A DNA stretch of 64,000 nucleotides from Minisyncoccota bacterium (lineage in GTDB: Bacteria; Patescibacteriota; Minisyncoccia; Phycocordibacterales; UBA9973): positions 209,464 through 273,463 of the forward strand of contig DAOQAL010000001.1 of NCBI GenBank assembly GCA_035353995.1, in the 5' to 3' direction. The position numbers were made by a program, and so were the translations under genes. The notes under the pieces were generated by a model. That model was not told where the DNA came from and ran no database searches. It saw nothing but the letters and a program-made list of their open reading frames with translations. Below are positions 1 through 12,506 of the stretch, one piece after another; position 1 is the stretch's first letter; the number at the start of each line of letters is the position of its first letter.

Positions 1-60
1 AATTCTTCAGTTACGGAAGGAGTTGGCACAGTAAGTGTTGATTCTACTTCTACAAATTAA
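1..60 (+). CDS. 3' end of an upstream CDS (…NSSVTEGVGTVSVDSTSTN*), possibly PilN/PilM-like given context
   Basis: Open frame running off the window start. Stop TAA at 58-60, immediately before the pilO-like gene. Confidence 0.3.
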   Translation, partial: NSSVTEGVGTVSVDSTSTN

Positions 61-63
61 TTT

Positions 64-672
64 ATGTTTAGATATTTTATACCAATAATATTAATAGGAG
101 CATCAGTAGCAGGATTTGTTACATTTACCAATCCTACTTTGAAAAGTATTTCAACTTTGAAAAATGAAATTTCTTCATACAATGAAGCTCTTACAAATGC
201 AAAAGCACTTGAAGGTGAACGTGATAAATTAACTAAAAAATATAATTCAGTTGATACTGCGAATCTTTCTAGATTACAAAAATTATTACCAGACAGTGTT
301 GATAATATTCGTCTAATTTTGGAAATAGAAAAATTAGCTTCACCGTATGGCATGGTTCTTAAAGATGTTAAATATGAATCAGCAAGTAAAAAAGATGAAG
401 CAAAAAGTACAACAAATCAAGGACTTCAAGTTTCTGAAGGTTTAATGAAAGATGATGGAAAACAATATGGCACTTGGGAATTAGAATTTTCAACGAAAGG
501 AACATATCAAAATTTTGTAAATTTTGTAAAAGATATAGAAAGTAATTTGAGAATTGTTGATATTTCTTCAGTTAAGTTTTCATCAGATAGCGATTTGACT
601 TTAGGTAAAACACAACCAACAGATTCATATAAATATGAATTTAAAATTAAAACTTACTGGTTAAAAAATTAA
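64..672 (+). CDS. type IV pilus assembly protein PilO-like (N-terminal TM, coiled-coil)
   Basis: N-terminal TM helix then a coiled-coil (…LKNEISSYNEALTNAKALEGERDKL…). It sits first in the pilB/pilT/pilC locus. Confidence 0.5.
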   Translation: MFRYFIPIILIGASVAGFVTFTNPTLKSISTLKNEISSYNEALTNAKALEGERDKLTKKYNSVDTANLSRLQKLLPDSVDNIRLILEIEKLASPYGMVLKDVKYESASKKDEAKSTTNQGLQVSEGLMKDDGKQYGTWELEFSTKGTYQNFVNFVKDIESNLRIVDISSVKFSSDSDLTLGKTQPTDSYKYEFKIKTYWLKN

Positions 673-673
673 T

Positions 674-1153
674 ATGAATTCAAAAGTAAAAAACATAATA
701 ATATTTTCTGTCATAGGGCTTGCTCTTATTTTGGGGTATTTTATTTTTGCAAACAAAAAGTCTAGTGATGAGTCTTTAATATCTTCTTCTGATAAAGAGG
801 CAAGCACTACTACTGAAAATACTAATACATCATCTACAAATGAAGTAGGAGAAGATTTTATTGCTATTCTTTTAAATGTTAAAAATCTAAAATTAGATGA
901 TTCTATTTTATCTGATACAGCATTTTCTTATTTAAAAGATTCTAGTATCTATCTTATTCCAGAAGGGAATGAAGGTAGAACAAATCCGTTTGCACCAATT
1001 GGATCTGACACAGTTTCATCAGTTATATCAAATCCAACTGGTATAGTAAGTACTATGGATGTTACAGAAAAGGCCGACTCCTCATCTAGTACAGAAAAAA
1101 ATACTGACAATACTGTTGTAAATACTAAAATAGATACAACAAAACAAAATTAA
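674..1153 (+). CDS. hypothetical pilus-associated protein (TM anchor, Ser/Thr-rich)
   Basis: ORF with an N-terminal TM segment and a low-complexity S/T-rich region. Translationally coupled to its neighbours in the T4P locus. Confidence 0.35.
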   Translation: MNSKVKNIIIFSVIGLALILGYFIFANKKSSDESLISSSDKEASTTTENTNTSSTNEVGEDFIAILLNVKNLKLDDSILSDTAFSYLKDSSIYLIPEGNEGRTNPFAPIGSDTVSSVISNPTGIVSTMDVTEKADSSSSTEKNTDNTVVNTKIDTTKQN

Positions 1154-1159
1154 TTTGCT

Positions 1160-2917
1160 ATGAGTTTTTTAGAAGAATTAGTAAAAAGAGGTACAATTAC
1201 CGAAAACCAAATAGGAGAGATAAAAAACAAAGCTAATGAGAAGTATAAAGGAAATTTAGATGAAGCTCTCTCTGAAATTGGTATCCCCGAAGAAGAAATC
1301 CTAGAAGCAAAAGGAGAATATTTTAATGTTCCTACAAAAAAAATTAATCCAAAAGAAATTTCTTTTGATCTATTAAAATATATTCCAGAAGATTCCGCTC
1401 GTTATTATAATTTTATTCCTTGTGGGCTTAATGATAATGTTCTTGAAGTTGGAGTTATAGATCCAAGTAATATTCAAGCGATGGATGCATTACAGTTTAT
1501 TTCTGCAAGTATTGGAATACCTTTTAAAATTTTTCTTATATCAAAAAAAGATTATGACGCCATAATTGAAAATTATAAAGGAGTTTCTGGTCAGGTTGAG
1601 CAAGCATTAGATGAGTTTAATGATGAATCTATAGAAACGGTAAAAGAAAAAGATGCTATAGAGAGGGAAGTAGAAAATGTAAAACACGGCAGAGAAGAAA
1701 AAATTGTTGAAGATGCTCCTGTCATAAAAATTGTTGCTGTTATATTGCGTAATGCAATAGAAGGTAATGCATCAGATATACATATAGAAAATACAGGAGA
1801 AAAAGTTAAAGTTCGTTATCGAGTAGATGGATCTCTTTATACTACAATAGTTCTTCCAATTGGTATTTATAGCAGTGTAGTTGCTCGTATAAAAATTCTT
1901 GCTAAGTTGCGTTTAGATGAGAAAAGAAAACCTCAAGATGGATCATTTAGTACAAATATAGATGGAAGAAAAATAGATTTTCGTGTCTCTACTATGCCTG
2001 CTTACTATGGTGAGAAGGTTGTTATGAGAGTTTTGGATTCAGAAAAAGGAGTAAAACCGTTAGATCAATTAGGTTTATCAAAAAGAAATTTGGAATTAAT
2101 AAGAGAAGCGATTAAAAAACCCTATGGTTTGATTTTAATTACAGGGCCAACTGGTTCAGGTAAATCAACAACTCTATATTCAATAATGAATGAACTTGAT
2201 AAAGAAAAAAGTAATATTGTTTCTTTGGAAGATCCAGTAGAGTACCATATGCCTGACATTAACCAATCTCAAATGAAACCAGAAATTGGATATACTTTTG
2301 CATCAGGACTTCGTTCTATTCTTCGTCAAGATCCAGATATAATAATGGTTGGAGAAATTCGTGATAAAGAAACAGCTCAACTTGCAATACAAGCAGCTCT
2401 TACAGGACATTTAGTTTTGTCTACATTGCATACAAATAATGCTATTGGAGCAATTCCAAGATTAATCGACATGGGAGTTGATCCTTATCTAATTGCTCCT
2501 ACATTGCTTCTTTCTATTGCACAACGTTTAGCTAAAATGACTTATCCTGCATCTAAAAAACTTGTTCCAATGGATCAGAGCATAAAAATGCAGATTGAAA
2601 ATCAAATAAAAGATTTACCTGAAAAATATAAAAAAGAAATTGAAATAAAAGATGAAATGTATGATACAATTTCTGTTCCAGAATGTCCTACTGGTACACG
2701 TGGACGTATTGCAATTTTTGAAATGTTTGGAATAGATAAAAGAATGCAAGATGTAATATTAAAGAATCCTGTAAACTCAGAAATATATAAAATTGCTAGA
2801 GAAAATGGAATGCTTTCTATGAAAGAAGATGCAATGTTAAAAGCTATTAATGGAGATATTCCTTACAGAGAAGTATTTAATTTTTCTAATGAGAGCAATG
2901 ATTCTGTTGTTGAGTAG
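1160..2917 (+). CDS. pilB: type IV pilus assembly ATPase PilB/GspE family
   Basis: Walker A GPTGSGKST, Asp/His boxes, C-terminal tetracysteine (CPTGTRGR…) and N-terminal GspE_N-like region; 585 aa. Confidence 0.9.
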   Translation: MSFLEELVKRGTITENQIGEIKNKANEKYKGNLDEALSEIGIPEEEILEAKGEYFNVPTKKINPKEISFDLLKYIPEDSARYYNFIPCGLNDNVLEVGVIDPSNIQAMDALQFISASIGIPFKIFLISKKDYDAIIENYKGVSGQVEQALDEFNDESIETVKEKDAIEREVENVKHGREEKIVEDAPVIKIVAVILRNAIEGNASDIHIENTGEKVKVRYRVDGSLYTTIVLPIGIYSSVVARIKILAKLRLDEKRKPQDGSFSTNIDGRKIDFRVSTMPAYYGEKVVMRVLDSEKGVKPLDQLGLSKRNLELIREAIKKPYGLILITGPTGSGKSTTLYSIMNELDKEKSNIVSLEDPVEYHMPDINQSQMKPEIGYTFASGLRSILRQDPDIIMVGEIRDKETAQLAIQAALTGHLVLSTLHTNNAIGAIPRLIDMGVDPYLIAPTLLLSIAQRLAKMTYPASKKLVPMDQSIKMQIENQIKDLPEKYKKEIEIKDEMYDTISVPECPTGTRGRIAIFEMFGIDKRMQDVILKNPVNSEIYKIARENGMLSMKEDAMLKAINGDIPYREVFNFSNESNDSVVE

Positions 2918-2944
2918 AATCTTTTATTTATAATGTTTTTATAA

Positions 2945-2950
2945 TATAAT
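2945..2950 (+). promoter_or_regulatory. leaderless-type -10 TATAAT, 7 nt upstream of response-regulator ATG (2958)
   Basis: TATAATATAAT then TAATCAA then ATG, with no SD. Confidence 0.4.
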
Positions 2951-2957
2951 TAATCAA

Positions 2958-3359
2958 ATGGAAGGAGAAAAGAAAAAAATTCTAATAGTAGATGATGATG
3001 GTTTCCTTTTGGATATGTATGCTTTCAAGTTTAGTCAAAATAATTTTGAAGTGCATACTGCTATGAGTGGTGCTCAAGCAATACAAAAACTTAAAGAAGG
3101 GCTTAAACCAGATGTTATTTTAATGGATATTATTATGCCAGAAATGGATGGTTTTGAAATGTTTGAAAAAATCAATGAAGAAAAACTTTCAGAAGATTCA
3201 ATTAAAATAATTCTTTCTAATAAAGGACAACAGGAAGATATAGATAGGGGAATGAGTCTTGGAGCTTCTGGTTATATTATTAAAGTTAATTCTACACCGG
3301 TTGAAGTTATTGATAAGGTAATGAAAATTTTATTAGAAAAAAAATCAATTCAAAAATAA
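2958..3359 (+). CDS. single-domain response regulator receiver (CheY-like; PilH/PilG-like by context)
   Basis: ILIVDDD…DVILMDIIMPEMDG…K motif set; 133 aa with no output domain. Embedded between pilB and pilT. Confidence 0.8.
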   Translation: MEGEKKKILIVDDDGFLLDMYAFKFSQNNFEVHTAMSGAQAIQKLKEGLKPDVILMDIIMPEMDGFEMFEKINEEKLSEDSIKIILSNKGQQEDIDRGMSLGASGYIIKVNSTPVEVIDKVMKILLEKKSIQK

Positions 3360-3362
3360 AAT

Positions 3363-4421
3363 ATGGACTATAAAAAAGAAATTGAAGAACTTATATTAAC
3401 AGTTATAAGAGAAGGTGGTTCAGATCTACACCTAGGTGCTGGTAGAGTACCTGCAATTAGAGTTTCTGGAGAATTAATTTTTCTTTTGAAAAGACAAGTT
3501 TTTACAAAAGATGATATGGTTAATATCCTAAAAGAACTTCTAGAAAAGAAACGTTTTGATGAGTTTATGGAAAATCAGGAAATTGATTTTTCTTACGATT
3601 TTCGAGGCGAAGCTCGTCTCAGAGGAAATGCATTTTTCCAATGTGGTTTTATAAATGTAGTATTGCGTTTAATTCCCCAGGTTAAAACATTAGAAGAATT
3701 ACACCTTCCACCAGTTCTTGCTGAATTTGCAAAAAAGAAACAAGGATTTTTTCTTGTTGTTGGTCCTGTTGGACATGGTAAATCTTCAACATTGGCTTCA
3801 ATGATAAATTTAATAAACAATGAGCAAGCAAGACATATAGTTACCATAGAAGATCCAATTGAATATGTTTATACTCCTAAAAAATCAATAATTAATCAAA
3901 GAGAAATTGGAGTTGATACTAAAGATTTTCACGTAGCGTTAAAGTCCGTTTTTCGTGAAGACGTTAATGTTATTCTTGTTGGTGAAATGCGAAATCCAGA
4001 AACAATTTCAACAGCTGTAACTGCAGCTGAAACTGGTCATTTAGTTTTTTCAACTCTACATACAAATAATGCATCTCAAACAATAGATAGAATTATTGAT
4101 TCATTTCCTGGAGATCAGCAAGATCAAATTAGAATTCAACTTGCATCAAGTTTAATTGGCGTATTTTCTCAAAGACTTATTCCAAGAATTGCTGGTGGTT
4201 TAGTGCCCGCATACGAACTTCTTGTAAATAATAATGCAGTTTCAAATCTTATAAGAGAAAAACGAACACATGAAATAGATGTTTTAATAGAAACTGGTAC
4301 AGAGTCTGGTATGATTGATTTAAATAGATCACTTGTTGAACTTGTAAGAGCTGGAGAAATAACAATTGAAAGTGCTTATCAGTTTTCGCTTAATCCAAAA
4401 GGTCTTGAGAGAATGATTTAA
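3363..4421 (+). CDS. pilT: twitching-motility retraction ATPase PilT
   Basis: 352 aa with Walker A GPVGHGKSST, a PilT-type AIRE-like motif region and the conserved …TLHTNNA… box. Confidence 0.9.
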   Translation: MDYKKEIEELILTVIREGGSDLHLGAGRVPAIRVSGELIFLLKRQVFTKDDMVNILKELLEKKRFDEFMENQEIDFSYDFRGEARLRGNAFFQCGFINVVLRLIPQVKTLEELHLPPVLAEFAKKKQGFFLVVGPVGHGKSSTLASMINLINNEQARHIVTIEDPIEYVYTPKKSIINQREIGVDTKDFHVALKSVFREDVNVILVGEMRNPETISTAVTAAETGHLVFSTLHTNNASQTIDRIIDSFPGDQQDQIRIQLASSLIGVFSQRLIPRIAGGLVPAYELLVNNNAVSNLIREKRTHEIDVLIETGTESGMIDLNRSLVELVRAGEITIESAYQFSLNPKGLERMI

Positions 4422-4437
4422 CAATTAAATAAATATT

Positions 4438-5646
4438 ATGCTTTTTAAATATAAGGCTGTAGATGAAAATGGAATAAATAAAGAAGGAGAAATTGACGCT
4501 GCAAATCGTGATATGGCAATAAGTGGACTTCAACGAAGAGGTCTTATTATTATTTCAATAGTAGATGAAGATAAAAGTTCTTCTCCATTTCAAGCTTCTT
4601 TTTTTGGCAAGGTTAAAATGAAAGAGGTTGTTGTTCTTTCTAGACAAATTTCTACTTTGTTCGGAGCACAAGTGCCTGCATTGAAAGTGTTTACGATGCT
4701 TGCATCAAGCACAGGGAATAAACTTCTAGCAAGAAAACTTAATCAAGTGTCTGATGATCTTCAGGCTGGACTTTCTATTTCTGGAGCATTATCAAAACAC
4801 CCAGATGTTTTTTCAAACTTTTATGTAAATATGGTTAAGTCTGGAGAAGAAACTGGTAAGCTAGCTCAATCATTTGAATACTTAGCAAATTATCTTGATC
4901 GTCAATATGCTCTTACATCAAAAACTAAAAATGCTTTAATATACCCAATATTTGTCATTGTTACATTTTTTGTAGTTATGGGACTTATGTTTACTATTAT
5001 TATTCCAAAAATTTCTTCTATTATTTCAAGTTCTGGACAAAATATACCAGTGTACACAAAAATTATTATGGTAATTTCAGATTTTTTTGTTCATTATGGT
5101 TTTATAATTATTATTATTTTAGTTTTAATAGGAATATGGCTATGGAAACTATCTTCTACTGAAAAAGGAAAAATTTATCTTGATAAAAAGCGTTTAGCCA
5201 CTCCTGCTGTAGGTGATTTATTTAAAAAATTATATCTTTCACGCATATCTGACAACTTAGATACAATGCTTACATCTGGTATTCCAATAATAAGATCTCT
5301 TGAAATTACTGCTGATGTCGTTGGAAGTAGGGTATACAAAGATATTATGAAAAGTGCAGTTGAAGATGTTAAATCAGGTAGTTCTCTTTCTTCTGCATTT
5401 GAAAAACATCCTCAAGAAATGCCTACTATAATGGTACAAATGGTAAAAGTTGGAGAAGAAACTGGTTCATTGGGGCAAATATTGAAAACATTAGCTGATT
5501 TTTATAAAAGAGAAGTTGATAATTCAGTTGAGACATTAGTTGGATTAATTGAACCTGTTATGATTGTATTTTTAGGTATTGGTGTTGGAATTCTCTTAAT
5601 ATCTGTTTTAGTTCCTATATACAATATGGTAGGAGGTATTTCATAA
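4438..5646 (+). CDS. pilC: type IV pilus inner-membrane platform protein PilC/GspF
   Basis: 402 aa with duplicated GspF domains (two …MVKSGEETG.. / MVKVGEETG motifs) and three TM regions. Confidence 0.9.
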   Translation: MLFKYKAVDENGINKEGEIDAANRDMAISGLQRRGLIIISIVDEDKSSSPFQASFFGKVKMKEVVVLSRQISTLFGAQVPALKVFTMLASSTGNKLLARKLNQVSDDLQAGLSISGALSKHPDVFSNFYVNMVKSGEETGKLAQSFEYLANYLDRQYALTSKTKNALIYPIFVIVTFFVVMGLMFTIIIPKISSIISSSGQNIPVYTKIIMVISDFFVHYGFIIIIILVLIGIWLWKLSSTEKGKIYLDKKRLATPAVGDLFKKLYLSRISDNLDTMLTSGIPIIRSLEITADVVGSRVYKDIMKSAVEDVKSGSSLSSAFEKHPQEMPTIMVQMVKVGEETGSLGQILKTLADFYKREVDNSVETLVGLIEPVMIVFLGIGVGILLISVLVPIYNMVGGIS

Positions 5647-5697
5647 AAAAATATTTTATTTCTTCTGTGGATAACTTTTATTAATTTTGCTTGTTTA

Positions 5698-5804
5698 TGA
5701 TATAATTATTATATTAAAAATTACGAGTCGAAACTTCCCGTTAAGGGAATATATTATAATTAAGTTTTTATTTCAGCCTTTGGCTGAAAAACCGCTATAG
5801 GCGG
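5698..5804 (+). promoter_or_regulatory. pilin promoter (TGaTATAAT) plus structured ~105-nt 5' UTR with three hairpins
   Basis: Extended -10 at 5698-5706. Hairpins TTCCC-GTTAA-GGGAA (5734-5748), TTTCAGCC-TTT-GGCTGAAA (5771-5789) and CCGC-TATAG-GCGG (5792-5804) before the pilin ATG at 5820. Confidence 0.45.
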
Positions 5805-5819
5805 AAATAAAAAACATTT

Positions 5820-6188
5820 ATGAAGAATTTTAAAAGAGGTTTTACGTTAATTGAACTTTTGGTTGTTATAGCAATCATTGGTATCTTGGCATCAGTTGTT
5901 TTGGCTTCTCTAACAGGAGCAAGAAATAAGGCATTACAAGGAGCTTACAAATCAGAAATAAGTTCTTTGCAACCAGCTCTTATTGCAATTTGTGATGGTT
6001 CAACAGGTGCTACCATAACTCCTGCAACAGATATGCCAGCTGCTGGAAAACATGCTGAGGGAGTAGTTGTAACAAACTGTGCAGAAGATGGAACATTTAA
6101 TGTTACTGTTGCCCCAAATCCAAACCCACTAGGTGCTTGTACTGGAGCTACAATAACAAATACTGCAATAACATTTGTAGGTTGTTAA
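5820..6188 (+). CDS. type IV pilin (prepilin with class III signal KRGFTLIELLVVIAIIGILA)
   Basis: N-terminal G|FTLIELLVV prepilin motif with Glu5; C-terminal Cys pairs (C…C…C…C). First of two tandem paralogs. Confidence 0.85.
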   Translation: MKNFKRGFTLIELLVVIAIIGILASVVLASLTGARNKALQGAYKSEISSLQPALIAICDGSTGATITPATDMPAAGKHAEGVVVTNCAEDGTFNVTVAPNPNPLGACTGATITNTAITFVGC

Positions 6189-6211
6189 TCTGAATTTTAA
6201 AGTTTTTAAAC

Positions 6212-6240
6212 AAAAAACCACTTCGGTGGTTTTTTGTTTT
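6212..6240 (+). terminator. intrinsic terminator after pilin 1
   Basis: AAAAAACCAC-TTCG-GTGGTTTTTTGTTTT. Confidence 0.7.
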
Positions 6241-6294
6241 GTTAATTGATACAATATATATGTCGTAATTTTATTTTTTAAAAAATATTTTTTT

Positions 6295-6663
6295 ATGAAG
6301 AATTTTAAAAAAGGTTTTACGTTAATTGAACTTTTGGTTGTTATAGCTCTTCTTAGTATTGTAATAGCAATTGTTACTGTTTCACTTTCTAGTTCTCAAA
6401 GAAAATCTACAGAAGCTGCATATAAATCAGAAGTTTCTTCTATTCAATCAAAACTTTCTGCGATTTGTGACAGTTCAGGATATTCTTTTATAGTTGCTGA
6501 AACAGATATGCCAGCTGAAGGTAAACATGGACAAGGTATTATAAACACAAATTGCCAAATGAATGGTTATTTTAATGTATTAATACCACCTCGTCAAAAC
6601 CATGCTGGCGCGTGCACAGGGTCAGTTATAACAAATACTGAAGTTTCTTTTGCTGGCTGTTAA
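6295..6663 (+). CDS. type IV pilin paralog
   Basis: KKGFTLIELLVVIALL N-terminus. Same length (122 aa) and same Cys pattern as the upstream pilin. Confidence 0.85.
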   Translation: MKNFKKGFTLIELLVVIALLSIVIAIVTVSLSSSQRKSTEAAYKSEVSSIQSKLSAICDSSGYSFIVAETDMPAEGKHGQGIINTNCQMNGYFNVLIPPRQNHAGACTGSVITNTEVSFAGC

Positions 6664-6699
6664 TAAACATATAAAAAGTAATTTAAAAATCTTTATATA

Positions 6700-6708
6700 T
6701 GATATAAT
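6700..6708 (+). promoter_or_regulatory. leaderless-type extended -10 TGaTATAAT, 6 nt upstream of pilD ATG (6715)
   Basis: Perfect TGnTATAAT with a 6-nt spacer and no SD. Confidence 0.5.
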
Positions 6709-6714
6709 AATAAT

Positions 6715-7506
6715 ATGATTACAATACTTGCAATAATTTTTTTAGTACTTGGTTTAATTATAGGAAGTTTTTTAAACGTTGTAATTTTTAGATACAATAC
6801 ACATAGAACTTTTCGTGGTAGAAGTGGATGTCTTTCTTGTCAAAATAAATTAAGTTGGTATGAACTTATTCCTGTATTTAGCTTTTTGGCATTACGTGGA
6901 CGATGTAAAAATTGCAAAACAAGAATATCTATTCAATATCCTATTGTTGAGTTATTGACTGGCATAGTTTTTGCTGGACTTTTCTTAAAGTTACAGAATG
7001 CTTTCTTTTTTGATACTATCGGTTTCAGCATAGCTTTTGCTTTTTATGCAACTATTTTTTCTCTTCTTATTGTTATATCAGTTTATGATTTAAAACATAA
7101 AATAATTCCAAATTCTTTCGCTTTAACATTTGGTATATTATCTTTTATTGGTTTGTTTTTGTTTTCTAGTTTTAATTTTAATCCACATTTTCCATCACTA
7201 ATGGAATTCTTATCTGGTATATTTATTGCTTTACCATTTTTGTTAATGTGGCTTCTTTCAAAAGGATCTTGGATGGGACTTGGTGATGCTAAATTAGCTG
7301 TTGGTATTGGATGGTTTTTAGGTTTATCACTCGCTTTGTCTAGCCTTGTAATTGCTTTTTGGGCTGGAGCATTGATTGGTATATTACTTATTATTTTTTC
7401 TAAAAAATATAGTTTAAAAAGCGAGATACCATTTGCTCCATTTATGGTTTTTGGAGCTATGTTAATTTTTCTTCTACCACTTCATATTTTTCCTTTAGGT
7501 TTTTAA
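6715..7506 (+). CDS. pilD: prepilin peptidase / N-methyltransferase PilD (A24 family)
   Basis: N-terminal CLSC…CKNC zinc-binding tetracysteine, multiple TM helices, conserved Asp-containing region (…GLGDAKL…). Confidence 0.9.
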   Translation: MITILAIIFLVLGLIIGSFLNVVIFRYNTHRTFRGRSGCLSCQNKLSWYELIPVFSFLALRGRCKNCKTRISIQYPIVELLTGIVFAGLFLKLQNAFFFDTIGFSIAFAFYATIFSLLIVISVYDLKHKIIPNSFALTFGILSFIGLFLFSSFNFNPHFPSLMEFLSGIFIALPFLLMWLLSKGSWMGLGDAKLAVGIGWFLGLSLALSSLVIAFWAGALIGILLIIFSKKYSLKSEIPFAPFMVFGAMLIFLLPLHIFPLGF

Positions 7507-7521
7507 TTTTTTAGTATTTTC

Positions 7522-8223
7522 ATGAAAAAAAATTACTGCAAATTGAAAGACAATAGGGGAATGACATATGTAGAACTTATAGTTGTTCTAAGTATTTTTG
7601 CAATAATGTCTTCTGTCGTAATTTTGAATTATGGTAATTTTGAAACTAAGGTAGAAATAAAAACATTATCAAATGATATTGCTCAAAAAGTTGTTCAAGC
7701 GCAGAAATTTGCAATGTCAGGTAAATCAGTTCCTAAAAAACAACAGGAATATATGATAGATAATGGTATAAATTGGACACCTTCATATGGTGTATATTTC
7801 AGCCAAGATTTTCCAAAGAAATTTGTATACTTTGCCGATTTAAATAATAGTGCTTCCAATAGCAATTTTGCTTATAATTTTAATAGTGTTGTTAATGCAA
7901 ATAATTGTTCAGAAATAGAGTGTTTAGAAGTATCTGATATAAATAAAGATTATTCTATTAACAGTATTCAAATGGTTTTCCCACTGGACTCATGTTCTGG
8001 TGCTAGTGGAAGTTCATCTGGTTCTTCATCTGATGAAACTTATACATTTAGTAATGTTGAAGAATTATCTGTAACATTTACAAGGCCTGATTCAAGAGCA
8101 GTTATACAATCAGTTCCTGTTTTTAATTGCTCTCCATCTTTTGCTGTCGTGAATTTAAGTTCTGCTAACAATGCGAAATCTATTATAAAAATTTATCCAT
8201 CAGGAAGAATACAGATTAATTAA
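7522..8223 (+). CDS. minor pilin / pseudopilin (prepilin-type N-terminus)
   Basis: Leader …NRG|MTYVELIVVLSIFAIM with Glu at +5; in the T4P locus. Confidence 0.6.
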   Translation: MKKNYCKLKDNRGMTYVELIVVLSIFAIMSSVVILNYGNFETKVEIKTLSNDIAQKVVQAQKFAMSGKSVPKKQQEYMIDNGINWTPSYGVYFSQDFPKKFVYFADLNNSASNSNFAYNFNSVVNANNCSEIECLEVSDINKDYSINSIQMVFPLDSCSGASGSSSGSSSDETYTFSNVEELSVTFTRPDSRAVIQSVPVFNCSPSFAVVNLSSANNAKSIIKIYPSGRIQIN

Positions 8224-8225
8224 AC

Positions 8226-8831
8226 ATGACAAAAGAAAATAATAAAAAAATAAAACTTGCGTCTGGTTTTACTATGATTGAAACGATGGTAGCGATTTCT
8301 ATTTTTCTTATTGTTGTTACGATTGGAGCTGGTGCTTTGATAAATGCATATGCTATAAATCAAAAATCTCAAAACTTACGTTCTGTAGTAGATAGTTTAA
8401 GTTTTATTGTTGAGGATATGTCGAGAAATATAAGAGTTGGATATAATTACAAATGTTTTGAAAAAGGATATACGGTTGGGCAAGAATATATAGGTATTCC
8501 AAGTAGTTGTGAAAATGGTTATGGTATAGCATTTGAATATAGTACTGGAGATACAGCCGATAATAATGATCAATGGGTTTATTATATTGCAAATGGAAAA
8601 TTATATAGATCAACTTCTGGATTATCAAATTATGTACAAATGAACCCAGATGAAGTTTTTATTGATTCGTCAAAATCTAATATTTCAATATTAGGAGCAG
8701 AAAATACATTACAGGGTGATACACAGCAACCTATCGTAAAAATTAATTTAGTTGGTACGATTACAGTTAAAAAGGTCGTTACTCCTTTTGCGATTCAGAC
8801 TTCTGTTTCACAAAGAATGAATGATATTTAA
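8226..8831 (+). CDS. minor pilin / pseudopilin (PilW/GspJ-like)
   Basis: …SGFTMIETMVAISIFLIV prepilin N-terminus. Confidence 0.6.
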   Translation: MTKENNKKIKLASGFTMIETMVAISIFLIVVTIGAGALINAYAINQKSQNLRSVVDSLSFIVEDMSRNIRVGYNYKCFEKGYTVGQEYIGIPSSCENGYGIAFEYSTGDTADNNDQWVYYIANGKLYRSTSGLSNYVQMNPDEVFIDSSKSNISILGAENTLQGDTQQPIVKINLVGTITVKKVVTPFAIQTSVSQRMNDI

Positions 8832-8833
8832 AA

Positions 8834-9415
8834 ATGACAAAATTTTATAAAAAAAACAATAAGGAAAATGGATTTACTTTAATTGAAGTTATTGTTGCAA
8901 TATTTGTTTTTTCTGTGGCTGTTTTAGCTGTAATGGCATCTTTGTCTCAAGGACTTTCAAGTGAAAGTTATACAAAAAAGAAGGTGACAGCGACATTTTT
9001 GGCTCAAGAAGGTGTTGAATATTTTAGAAATATTAGAGATACGTCTATGCTTTATTCAGATGATAAAGTTGTAGGATGGAGTGACTTTATTTCTAAATTA
9101 GAAGAAGCTGGTTGCCAAAATGATACTGGTTGTTATTTTGATGATATTAATTTAAATAGTATAGGAAGTATTACAATGCCTATAATGCAAATTAAAATAT
9201 CTCCTTGTAATGAAGTTTGTCCTAATATGCTTTTTGATGAAAGTAGTAGTACATTTGGATATACATTAGGTGGTGATTCTGGTTTTGTAAGACAGATGAA
9301 AGTAGAAGAGACTAGTCTTGAAGAAGTAAAAATTATTTCAAAAGTAAGTTGGACACAAAATGGTAGAACGAATACTGTTTCGTTCTCAGAAAATTTAAGT
9401 GATTGGATTGAATAA
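8834..9415 (+). CDS. minor pilin / pseudopilin (PilV/GspI-like)
   Basis: …NGFTLIEVIVAIFVFSVAVLAV prepilin N-terminus. Confidence 0.6.
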   Translation: MTKFYKKNNKENGFTLIEVIVAIFVFSVAVLAVMASLSQGLSSESYTKKKVTATFLAQEGVEYFRNIRDTSMLYSDDKVVGWSDFISKLEEAGCQNDTGCYFDDINLNSIGSITMPIMQIKISPCNEVCPNMLFDESSSTFGYTLGGDSGFVRQMKVEETSLEEVKIISKVSWTQNGRTNTVSFSENLSDWIE

Positions 9416-9424
9416 TAAAAAATT

Positions 9425-11905
<2,481 letters not shown>

Positions 11906-11913
11906 CAAGTTTT

Positions 11914-12441
11914 ATGAAGAGTAAAGTGAAAACAATTTTAATTTTTGTAGGCTGTTTTTTATTTAGACTTTTGCCATTTAGAGCACCGAATGTGGAACCT
12001 ATTATGGCATCAATAATGCCCGTAGGACGTAAAAATGGGCCTTTAGTGGGCTTTTTATTTGGTTTTCTTAGTATTTTCTTATTTGATTGTGTAACTAACT
12101 TTGGATCTTGGACTTGGATAACTGCAATTACTTATGGTCTTATTGGTGCAATATCAGTTTTTTATTTTAAGAAATTTAAATCATCTCCTTTTAATTTTGC
12201 AGTATTTTCTTTTTTTGCAACTATTGTTTTTGATTTTATAACTGGAATTTTATTTGCTCCATTATTTGGACAAACAATGTTTAGTGCATTTATTTTACAA
12301 ATTCCTTTTACATTACTTCACTTGTCAGGAAATATAGGTTTTGCCCTAACAATAAGCCCAATAATAAATTATTGGCTTACTAAAGATTCTGTAGCAAAAG
12401 TATATAACTTAAATTTGTCTAGCAAAAAACAAGTAATTTAA
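11914..12441 (+). CDS. small polytopic membrane protein (possible ECF-transporter S-component-like)
   Basis: 175 aa with about 5 hydrophobic helices. Leaderless promoter TGaTATAAT at 11897-11905. Confidence 0.35.
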   Translation: MKSKVKTILIFVGCFLFRLLPFRAPNVEPIMASIMPVGRKNGPLVGFLFGFLSIFLFDCVTNFGSWTWITAITYGLIGAISVFYFKKFKSSPFNFAVFSFFATIVFDFITGILFAPLFGQTMFSAFILQIPFTLLHLSGNIGFALTISPIINYWLTKDSVAKVYNLNLSSKKQVI

Positions 12442-12506
12442 TAACATTACTTTATAGGATACCCCATAGGCAAGACCTCTGTATGTCAAATAACAGGGAA
12501 ACGAGC

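Noticed and set aside
3593-3847. 84-aa minus-strand ORF inside pilT, and the many other antisense ORFs inside pilB, ligA, rpoB/rpoC, dnaG, secD, mreB, tgt etc.
   Set aside because: They are fully contained within well-supported protein-coding genes on the opposite strand, with low-complexity or non-protein-like composition.
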